A stretch of 24,371 bases of DNA, from contig DASYAJ010000200.1 of NCBI GenBank assembly GCA_036501405.1, positions 1-24,371 of the forward strand, given 5' to 3'. The position numbers and the translations under genes are program-made. This document shows, in pieces, positions 7,295 through 14,697 of the stretch. Numbering within the stretch: position 1 is the first letter of the stretch; each line of letters starts with the position of its first letter. Origin of the DNA: Candidatus Kapaibacterium sp. GTDB lineage: Bacteria; Bacteroidota; Ignavibacteria; Palsa-1295. The notes under the pieces were generated by a model. That model was given only the letters and a program-made list of their open reading frames with translations, was not told the DNA's origin and searched no databases.

Positions 7295-8376
7295 TGTTTA
7301 TGAAAACTCGCGTTCAATTTCTCTTCGTTTTTGCGGCAATGCTTACGCTCGTCACGACAAGCGTAAAGGCTCAGCCGAAGGTTCTTGCAGAGCTATTTTG
7401 CAATTTTAATTGCCCGAATTGTCCGGTTCCCGATTCAACTTATGAAGCATACGCCGGTTCTCATCCTGGGGTAGTTCTTATTAATTACCACAACAGTATC
7501 GCAGATAATAAAGACATATTTTATACGAACAGCAATACGAACGGAGCAGCGGATGCCCGGAGTAATTTATACGCTGTAGCATCCGATCCGTCCGCGTCAA
7601 TTGGTGGCACTGCAATACCTTCCTCGGATGGGGAGTTGGTATGGGAAACGCCCTATACATCAAGTGAGCTTAAACTGAGTCTGCCACTTTCTATTTCTTC
7701 TTCTATTTCTTCAGGTCCATCCGGTACTGGTATTGACACGATTTTTTTTACCATCAGCGGTTCGGTTTCAAAACAGGTCGCATACTATGTTGCTATCAAG
7801 GAATCGAATATTTATTATCAAAACCACGACGCAGGGTATGTTAACCCAAGTAATATTTGGAACGATGTTTTTCGTTCGATGCTGCCAGACAATGCAAACG
7901 GTAATGGCGTTCAGTTTTCCGCGAGCGGGACACAAAAGTTCTCGGTCATTTACGATCCCGATAATTACGTTTATACTGGAAACGAACAGAATATGACTGC
8001 CGTCATTTTCGTTCAGGATGTGAAAGCGGACGCGAAGAATTCTTATCAGGTTGAAGGACTGGATACGATTTCGCTTGCACCTTCTTCTGCGGTCGTAGAA
8101 TCTTCATCTTCCGCATCCACGCACCTCATGATCTCTTCGAACCCACTTTCGAGCCGAGGTCATTTAGGATTTGAATTGGTGAATCCATCTAATGTTCGAC
8201 TCGATATTTGCGATTTATTGGGTCGCACCGTTCGGACATTGGTCGATGGTATGGCACCGGCGGGCCAATCATCGGTCGATATGACTGGGATTGTAATTCC
8301 CGCCGGCTGCTACATTGCACGATTGATCGTGAACGGGGCCGAAGCGGATATGCAGAAGTTTATTATTGCTCCGTAA
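7294..8376 (+). CDS. Omp28-like thioredoxin-fold protein with T9SS-type CTD
   Basis: Signal peptide, then KVLAELFCNFNCPNCP (CxxC), WNDVFRSML and VIFVQD motifs, and a C-terminal SNP...DLLGRTVRTL...GCYIARL CTD. TAATG overlap with the upstream stop. Confidence 0.75.
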   Translation: MFMKTRVQFLFVFAAMLTLVTTSVKAQPKVLAELFCNFNCPNCPVPDSTYEAYAGSHPGVVLINYHNSIADNKDIFYTNSNTNGAADARSNLYAVASDPSASIGGTAIPSSDGELVWETPYTSSELKLSLPLSISSSISSGPSGTGIDTIFFTISGSVSKQVAYYVAIKESNIYYQNHDAGYVNPSNIWNDVFRSMLPDNANGNGVQFSASGTQKFSVIYDPDNYVYTGNEQNMTAVIFVQDVKADAKNSYQVEGLDTISLAPSSAVVESSSSASTHLMISSNPLSSRGHLGFELVNPSNVRLDICDLLGRTVRTLVDGMAPAGQSSVDMTGIVIPAGCYIARLIVNGAEADMQKFIIAP

Positions 8377-8506
8377 TATTGGTTCCATCGGAAATGGAAT
8401 CTTCTTCGGCGTAGCCACGAAGGAAATCTTCGGCTGCCATGCGCTTTCTGATTTCGCTGTCATTGCCGGCGTTCGCAGGATTACGTCCGGTCCCATATTC
8501 TCGCCG

Positions 8507-8514
8507 TATTTTTG
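8507..8514 (+). promoter_or_regulatory. Candidate -7 box (TATTTTTG)
   Basis: CGTATTTTTG, 6 nt before ATG 8521. Confidence 0.5.
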
Positions 8515-8520
8515 TAGCAG

Positions 8521-9423
8521 ATGCTCATCACGGAATTCTTATCGGCGCTGGAAGCGATCGTTCCGCTGAGCGCGGCGGGGTACGCTCGCGATGCCATCGG
8601 CTTGCAGGTCGGTTTGCCGCGTAGCACGGAGCTTCATGCGGCGCTCTTTGCCTACGAAGTGACGCGGGAAGTGATCGTCGAGGCCCGCGAGCGTGGCGCA
8701 AATTTGATCGTCGCATTTCATCCGCTCATTTTTCCCTCCATCGACGCGATCACGGACGCGACACGCACCGGCGAGTTAATTCGGGAACTGATTCGGAACG
8801 AAATTGCGCTCTATGTACAGCACACCGCTTTCGATACGCACCCGGAATTCGGCACGAGCCGTCTCATGGCCGAAGCACTTTCGTTGAGGAACATTCACAT
8901 CCTCACTCCGCTGGAAAAGAAACCAGACGCCGGAATGGGCGTAATAGGAAACACAGAACAACCGATTGCCGCCAATGAACTTCTTTCCCGGGTGCAAACG
9001 GTGTTTGGAACTCCGAGTATTCGCTTCAGTCGGAACGGTACGGAACTTCTTTCGACAATTGCGATGGTGGGCGGTGCGGGAATGGAATTTTATTCCGCCG
9101 CCGTAAAATCCGGCGCGGAAGCCTTCATCACAGCGGACGTTCGTTACCACGATTTTTATCGCGCTTCGCACGATGGAATCCTCCTCCTCGATGCCGGACA
9201 CGCAGAGACCGAAAAGTTTGTTACACTCGGTATGTTGCGCGCTGCGCAGAAGGCCGTCGATAAAATCCAAGCCTCGGAGCAGAATTTTTCGGAGGGCGCT
9301 GAACGGAATTTAATGGACGCCGCTCCAAATGCCGTAACTTTGCAGGACGGGCTTGACACCATCCTGCTCCAGGCACGGACCGAACCAAATGCCGTGCAGT
9401 ATCACCATCACGTGCAAACGTAA
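8521..9423 (+). CDS. Nif3-like dinuclear metal centre protein (YbgI/YqfO family)
   Basis: DAIGLQVG, LIVAFHPLIF, HTAFD, FITADVRYHDF and LDAGHAETE metal-ligand motifs. Confidence 0.92.
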   Translation: MLITEFLSALEAIVPLSAAGYARDAIGLQVGLPRSTELHAALFAYEVTREVIVEARERGANLIVAFHPLIFPSIDAITDATRTGELIRELIRNEIALYVQHTAFDTHPEFGTSRLMAEALSLRNIHILTPLEKKPDAGMGVIGNTEQPIAANELLSRVQTVFGTPSIRFSRNGTELLSTIAMVGGAGMEFYSAAVKSGAEAFITADVRYHDFYRASHDGILLLDAGHAETEKFVTLGMLRAAQKAVDKIQASEQNFSEGAERNLMDAAPNAVTLQDGLDTILLQARTEPNAVQYHHHVQT

Positions 9424-9480
9424 CATGCCATCGTATCACCTGCCATCACAGCCGTAACGATTTTTTTTTAGAATAACGAC

Positions 9481-10278
9481 GTGAACGACTCTTTATTACA
9501 TCTCTACGAACTTCAGAAAGTGGACCGCGAACTCGACGAACTCGTCGAAGGCCGCGGTGAATTGCCCGACCGCGTAAACGAAATGCGGCAACAGCTCGAC
9601 GAGCACCGCCAGCAACTCCAGCAGGTGCGACACGATATTCACGAAGTCGAAACGCGCTCCAGGGAAATGACGGCCGAGACCGTCGATCTCCGCGAAAAGG
9701 TCGATCGCTACAAAGCACAGCAGTTCGATGTGAAGACGACCCGCGAATACGATGCGATTACGTTTCAGCTCGAAGATTCGCAGCGCCGCCTGCACCAGAA
9801 TACGGAATCGGTGGCGCGCATGGGCATCGAACTCGAACAGCTCAAGATCGATGAAGGGGCGATGAGCGCAGACATGACCGACATGGAGCGGGAACTCGAA
9901 GAAGCCGATGCCTCGCTGACGGAGCTGCTCGCGGGAACCGAACAAGACGAAAGTCAGCTCCTGGCGCGCCGCGAAGAACTCGTCAAGCAGATCGAACCCT
10001 ATTATTTAACGATCTACAACCGGGTGCGTCCTGCGAAGGATGGCATTGCCGTCGTAGCGATTCGGAATGGCGTTTGCGGTGGCTGCTTCAATGCGGTTCC
10101 GCGCCAGCTTGCGCTCGAACTTCGCAAAGGCGAAAAGCACGCGGTCTGCGAATATTGCGGACGGATTATTGTCGGCGAACCGATCGCCATTGCGATCGAT
10201 GGTGAGCCGCAGCCGGTGACCTACGAAGTCGATGAAGAGGAATCGGAGAACGGCGGCGGGAGCGATTTTGAAGAATAA
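9481..10278 (+). CDS. Coiled-coil plus C4 zinc-ribbon protein (DUF164/CT398-like)
   Basis: LYELQKVD N-terminus, long heptad region, and CGGC...CEYCGRII zinc ribbon. Usual neighbour of Nif3. Confidence 0.92.
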   Translation: MNDSLLHLYELQKVDRELDELVEGRGELPDRVNEMRQQLDEHRQQLQQVRHDIHEVETRSREMTAETVDLREKVDRYKAQQFDVKTTREYDAITFQLEDSQRRLHQNTESVARMGIELEQLKIDEGAMSADMTDMERELEEADASLTELLAGTEQDESQLLARREELVKQIEPYYLTIYNRVRPAKDGIAVVAIRNGVCGGCFNAVPRQLALELRKGEKHAVCEYCGRIIVGEPIAIAIDGEPQPVTYEVDEEESENGGGSDFEE

Positions 10279-10292
10279 TTTTTGTTCAGTGT

Positions 10293-10714
10293 TTTCTGCC
10301 ATCGGGCAACCGCTCGGTCATTGATTGATCGAGAGGAAAGTCCGAACTCCAACGGGTGACGTGCCAATCGAGTTAGGTGAGCAATCGCTTGGCAAGATTG
10401 GGGAACGGAGCATAAGAGCAATCGAAAAACCGTTCACAGCGCAGTGTCACAGAAAAGAAACCGCCGGCAGCTGCCGGTAAGGGTGAAATGGCGGTGTAAG
10501 AGACCACCGCCCGATGGGTAACCATCGGGGCCAGATAAACCTCACGTGGAGCAAGACCATGTATGAGATCGGCCGTTCGCAAGAATGGCTTCCACGACCC
10601 GTGGATAAGGCACGAGCAATCGTCTCTCGATTTCGGGTAGGTCGCATCAGAGTAATGGTTGCCTCCTTGTCAGCAATGATGAGCAGACAGAATTCGGCTT
10701 ACAGATGGCAGAAA
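10293..10714 (+). ncRNA. rnpB: RNase P RNA, type A, lacking P18
   Basis: P1 TTTCTGCCATC / GATGGCAGAAA. GAGGAAAGTCC at 10333 and ACAGAATTCGGCTTA at 10687, with P4 covariation CGAA/TTCG. P2 GGCAACC/GGTTGCC. GGGTGAAA and GGAGCAAG motifs are present. Confidence 0.97.
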
Positions 10715-10723
10715 TTTTTTTCG

Positions 10724-11032
10724 ATGTCACGTTTAGATAAATTACAGGACCTCCTTGTCGTCGATCCGACCGATAGCTTCACTCGCTATGCGATCGGGCT
10801 CGAGTTCGCGAAGGCGGAAAATTTCGTGGAGGCGATTCGCGTCCTCGAAGATTTGCGTGAGCGCGATCCGGAATACGTTCCCACCTATTACATGCTCGCC
10901 GGCTATTACCGGTTCACCGGCGACACAGACAGCGCCAAGCTGATTTATCGCGAAGGAATGGCCATGGCAAAAAAAGCCAATGACCGGCACGCGCTTTCGG
11001 AACTGGAATCGGCGCTGGACGAAATCGAATAA
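10724..11032 (+). CDS. Small tetratricopeptide-repeat protein
   Basis: 102 aa from ATG 10724 (DPTDSFTRYAIGLEF...DPEYVPTYYMLA). The upstream part of the track ORF lies inside rnpB. Confidence 0.85.
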   Translation: MSRLDKLQDLLVVDPTDSFTRYAIGLEFAKAENFVEAIRVLEDLRERDPEYVPTYYMLAGYYRFTGDTDSAKLIYREGMAMAKKANDRHALSELESALDEIE

Positions 11033-11035
11033 GCC

Positions 11036-11662
11036 ATGACGATAGAACAAGAAGCCATCGAATTTTTTTTACGCGAAGAGGTCCTGAAATTCGGCGATTT
11101 CACGCTGAAGAGCGGGCGCAAATCGCCCTATTTTTTTAATACAGGTTCCCTTTGTACTGCGGCCCAGCTCAAAAAAATGGGGGAACTCTATGCGCAAAAG
11201 CTTCTGGCCGAAGCCACATTCCAGAACGCGGACGTCATCTTCGGTTCGGCGTATAAGGGCATTCCTATTTCGGTCGCGACCACGATTGCACTTTCTGGTT
11301 CTCGACCGGGTATCCGTGCCGTGAGCGACCGGAAGGAAGCAAAAACGCATGGCGATAAAAGTTCTTTCCTTGGCACGCTGAACCCGGGCGATAGGGTGGC
11401 TATCGTGGACGATGTGATCGCCACGGGCGGAACGAAAATGGAAGCAGTCGCGAAGCTCCGGGAAGCCGGTGCGATCCCCGTTGGCCTCATCATCGCGTTC
11501 GATCGCGCTGAACCGGCGGAGGGTTCCACGCGGACGGCCAAAGAGAATTTCGAAAAAGAGACCGGCCTTCCGGTTTTTGCGCTCGCGAATATTCACGACG
11601 TGATCGCGCATCGGCCCGAAGTAAGGAACACATTCGAAGCGTATCTCGCTACACTGAAATAA
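11036..11662 (+). CDS. pyrE: Orotate phosphoribosyltransferase
   Basis: FTLKSGRKSPYFFN, FGSAYKGIP, RKEAKTHG and the PRPP-binding loop VAIVDDVIATGGT. Confidence 0.95.
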   Translation: MTIEQEAIEFFLREEVLKFGDFTLKSGRKSPYFFNTGSLCTAAQLKKMGELYAQKLLAEATFQNADVIFGSAYKGIPISVATTIALSGSRPGIRAVSDRKEAKTHGDKSSFLGTLNPGDRVAIVDDVIATGGTKMEAVAKLREAGAIPVGLIIAFDRAEPAEGSTRTAKENFEKETGLPVFALANIHDVIAHRPEVRNTFEAYLATLK

Positions 11663-11665
11663 GCG

Positions 11666-12013
11666 CTATTTCGGATCCCATCCCTCGCCGTCACAGGGTG
11701 TGTAATCGCTACGAACGTGTTCATCGAGCTTGGTGCAGAGCGCCTCGTCCGGCGCGAGATAGCGGCAAGTCGCGCAGAGTGCGTTCTCACTTGCGCGCTG
11801 AATGCGCTGCGTGTGTTTTCGAAAGGCAAGCTGTGCCGGATAGATGACCACGATTGTCACCGCGACGAAAAAGAACATCCACCACTCGCCGTAGTTCGGC
11901 ACGTCGCTATACAGCAGCCACGCCGCGATAAGAACCAGCGCGAACCGGACGAGCCCCCAATAAATGATTTCTCCCACGAAGAAACTAATTCGGAATAGAG
12001 CGAAATAATTCAT
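11666..12013 (-). CDS. Hypothetical two-TM membrane protein with C-terminal four-Cys motif
   Basis: 115 aa from ATG 12013. Two hydrophobic helices, then C-x2-C-x9-C-x13-C. Confidence 0.7.
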   Translation of the reverse strand: MNYFALFRISFFVGEIIYWGLVRFALVLIAAWLLYSDVPNYGEWWMFFFVAVTIVVIYPAQLAFRKHTQRIQRASENALCATCRYLAPDEALCTKLDEHVRSDYTPCDGEGWDPK

Positions 12014-12016
12014 TTC

Positions 12017-12148
12017 ATGCGCACACCATCTTTCATCGGCGCCGTTCCGCGTATTATTGCAGCGATGATCGTGCTCGCCGTTTCGATGCTGGCACTCCTC
12101 CGGCGGAAGAAGAAATCCGGAACGGCAAAAAAGCGGAAGCGGCATTAA
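12017..12148 (+). CDS. Candidate 43-aa single-pass small membrane protein
   Basis: MRTPSFIGAVPRIIAAMIVLAVSMLALLRRKKKSGTAKKRKRH: a 16-aa hydrophobic run followed by a basic tail. Below the ORF-track cutoff. Confidence 0.35.
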   Translation: MRTPSFIGAVPRIIAAMIVLAVSMLALLRRKKKSGTAKKRKRH

Positions 12149-12256
12149 AACCCTCCTGCATTCCTGCGCGATAAGGGTGGTAGTCGTTCCTCAGCTGGAA
12201 TGACTTTCTCCTGCCCGCTGTTGCTCTATAAGTAAGTTCCTTCATTTTTTGATGTT

Positions 12257-12676
12257 ATGAAACACCTTCTCGCAACGCTGGTCATTCTTTCCACCGCATT
12301 ACTTGCGACGATTTCGAGCAGTTCGTGCTCCTCTCCCACGGCGGCGGTAGCGCCGGATACGATCGTGCTCGCGCAGCTCGATAATCAGTTGAAACCGTTC
12401 ACGCCATCGTTTCCATTCGTCGGCGCCAGCGATACCTGCCTCCTGCGGCTTTCGTGCGGCTGCTTGTTCGTCTTGAATTTGGACAGCGCCTCGGGCGATA
12501 CGTCGGCGTTTTCCGTGGCCGATCTTGATACGCTCTCGACGCGCATATCGCCACACCACATTATCATCACCAATCTAAAGCCTGCCGGAGGAGATACGGC
12601 AATCTATTATTTCTCTGCCGTCGATCATTTGGGAAATACAAAGCGCGATACGCTTTGGCTCACCGGGAATTTTTAA
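12257..12676 (+). CDS. Hypothetical lipoprotein
   Basis: Basic N-terminus, hydrophobic core and SSSC lipobox-like site. Confidence 0.7.
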   Translation: MKHLLATLVILSTALLATISSSSCSSPTAAVAPDTIVLAQLDNQLKPFTPSFPFVGASDTCLLRLSCGCLFVLNLDSASGDTSAFSVADLDTLSTRISPHHIIITNLKPAGGDTAIYYFSAVDHLGNTKRDTLWLTGNF

Positions 12677-12737
12677 TTCGGCTTTCCGCTCAACCTCTTT
12701 TTCCTTTAATGTCCTTTTTCCTTCATTTCTTTTTCTC

Positions 12738-13568
12738 TTAATGTCCTTTTCCGACCCGATGCGCAAATTGCGTTCGGAACCGTTCCGCTGACCAGAGGCA
12801 GACATCCCAGAGATCGGCCGTCGGTTTGCCCGTCGTGGGGATGGTCGGCATATAAGTCGGAGGGCCGTATTCCGGAACGAATGTCAGTGTTTTTGCTCCT
12901 CGAATAAGGTGTGCAGCGATGATTTGATCCCACCAGGCTTCGTGTTTTTTCACGCGATCTTCCCATTCGGGAATGCGCGGATCGGGAACTTGGGGTCCGT
13001 TTTCGAAGCCGACACGTCCATGAATGTGCATCGTGCGGCGCGCCGCCGTGGCGATCGCTTCGGTATGATCTTCGAGCATCGATTCGGTGACGACGCACCA
13101 GTGGCTGAAATCGGCGTTGAGATGCAGGTCGGGAAGTTCGCGCAGCAGGACGAGCGTATTCATCGGCGAATAAAAGGGACGGCGTCGGTGCGTTTCATGC
13201 GCGATGAGAATGCCAAGTTCTTCCTCGATGCGCAGAGCCTGCTCGAAAAAGCGAATCGTTTTGCCGAAACTCATCGTATCGCGTCCGGCATGAGCAACGA
13301 TTTTGACTGGGTTGAACGTCATCGCGTCGCTCGCTTTTCGGCGCAGTTCCTCGGCATGGTCCGCCGTTTCGGTATAAACGAGCGAGACGAGTTCGAATCC
13401 GTGCTCGGCGATCAGCGACCGGAATTCTTTCGGCGGGCAGGGTTGGATCGTTCCCAATTCCTGCGTCGCGCATTCGATGCCATCGTAGCCAGCGGCGTGA
13501 ATCCGTGAGAACTGTTCCCGAATGGGGCCTTCCATACCCCAGAGCGATTTGTAGATTTTAAGGTCCAT
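12738..13568 (-). CDS. Sugar phosphate isomerase/epimerase (xylose-isomerase-like TIM barrel)
   Basis: From ATG 13568: KSLWG, GYDGIEC, HETHR, LNADFSHW, HIHGRVG and PEYGP metal-site motifs. Confidence 0.85.
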   Translation of the reverse strand: MDLKIYKSLWGMEGPIREQFSRIHAAGYDGIECATQELGTIQPCPPKEFRSLIAEHGFELVSLVYTETADHAEELRRKASDAMTFNPVKIVAHAGRDTMSFGKTIRFFEQALRIEEELGILIAHETHRRRPFYSPMNTLVLLRELPDLHLNADFSHWCVVTESMLEDHTEAIATAARRTMHIHGRVGFENGPQVPDPRIPEWEDRVKKHEAWWDQIIAAHLIRGAKTLTFVPEYGPPTYMPTIPTTGKPTADLWDVCLWSAERFRTQFAHRVGKGH

Positions 13569-13660
13569 TGCGGTCGAGTGCGTCGAGCAAATCTGATGCT
13601 TCGGAAACTCATTGGCTTCCATTGTCATTCCCCTTTTCAAATATTCGCTCGCGTTCTCCT

Positions 13661-13668
13661 TATTTTTG
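13661..13668 (+). promoter_or_regulatory. Candidate -7 box (TATTTTTG) for the kinase-GH38-kinase operon
   Basis: TATTTTTGC, 30 nt before ATG 13699, in the divergent intergenic region. Confidence 0.5.
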
Positions 13669-13698
13669 CACGGAATCGCTCGCGAACATCTACAACTC

Positions 13699-14670
13699 AT
13701 GGAAAAGAAACACGATCTTATTGGGATAGGCGAATGCCTGGTCGAATTCAATCACAACGGCAGCGGGGACTATCAGCTCGGATATTCGGGCGACGTGCTC
13801 AATGCGCTATCGGCAGCGGGAAAACTTGGACTCCGTACCGGCCTGATTTCCGCCATCGGGAACGACCCCTTTAGCGAAGGGTTGCTCGGTATCCTCGATG
13901 AAGAAAGAATCGATCTTTCTCATGCGCCGGTGCTGGAAGGAAAACCGAATGGGATTTATTTTATCTCGCTCGATGCGATGGGCATCCCAACGTTCCATTT
14001 TCTGCGGAAGTATTCTGCGGCAAGGGATATGTTCGAGGTGCAGCCACTCGCGTCGCTTGTCGATTATGTTCGGTCGTCACGCGCGCTGCTTTTTTCTTCG
14101 ATCCCGCTTGCGGTGATGCACGATCGCGAAAAGTTTTTCGAACTGCTCGAAGCGGTAAAAGGCGACGCGATTATTGCCTTCGACCTCAATGTTCGGCCGG
14201 TGTTATGGAAGGACCTTTCGGAGCTAAACAAAGTGATCGACCGGATCGCGCCGCTCGCCGATGTGCTCTTCGTGACGAATGAGGACGATACACATCTTTT
14301 CGGTTCACGCCCCAGCCACGACACCGTGAAGGACTATGCTGGGCGTGGCTACGGAGAGATCGCGCTGCGTCGCGGCGGCGCGCACACGCTCGTCAAATGT
14401 TCCGAGGGCGAGTTCGAAGTTCCCGTGCCGCATGTCCAGAAGATTATCGATTCGACTGGCGCCGGAGATGCGTTCGATGCCGGTTATATCGCAGCAATGC
14501 TGCGCGGACTGCCGACCTACGAGTGCGCCTCGCTGGGTAATGCCGCTGCTGCCGCAACGCTCGAAACGCGCGGCGGCCGTGCAACGGGACTCACGATCGA
14601 GCGAGTCGAGAAGCTCTATCGGCCACTCGTGAAGTGGGGAACGTTCCATGTTCCGGTACGCCACGCATGA
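13699..14670 (+). CDS. PfkB-family sugar kinase, 2-keto-3-deoxygluconate-kinase-like
   Basis: From ATG 13699: IGECLVEF, GYSGDVLN, GNDPFS, FDLNVRP and the catalytic DSTGAGDAF motif. Confidence 0.9.
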   Translation: MEKKHDLIGIGECLVEFNHNGSGDYQLGYSGDVLNALSAAGKLGLRTGLISAIGNDPFSEGLLGILDEERIDLSHAPVLEGKPNGIYFISLDAMGIPTFHFLRKYSAARDMFEVQPLASLVDYVRSSRALLFSSIPLAVMHDREKFFELLEAVKGDAIIAFDLNVRPVLWKDLSELNKVIDRIAPLADVLFVTNEDDTHLFGSRPSHDTVKDYAGRGYGEIALRRGGAHTLVKCSEGEFEVPVPHVQKIIDSTGAGDAFDAGYIAAMLRGLPTYECASLGNAAAAATLETRGGRATGLTIERVEKLYRPLVKWGTFHVPVRHA

Positions 14671-14697
14671 TCGCGATTTAGGCATGAAGTTCCAAGC

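Noticed and set aside
7400-7425. Selenocysteine in the Omp28-like CxxC
   Set aside because: All positions are TGC/TGT Cys codons; there is no in-frame TGA.
10514-10723. 70-aa N-terminal extension of the TPR ORF
   Set aside because: It lies inside rnpB. ATG 10724 gives a complete TPR protein.
12706-12749. Duplicated TTAATGTCCTTT (32-nt period) at the isomerase stop
   Set aside because: A short 12-nt duplication in a pyrimidine-rich spacer, with no evidence of function.
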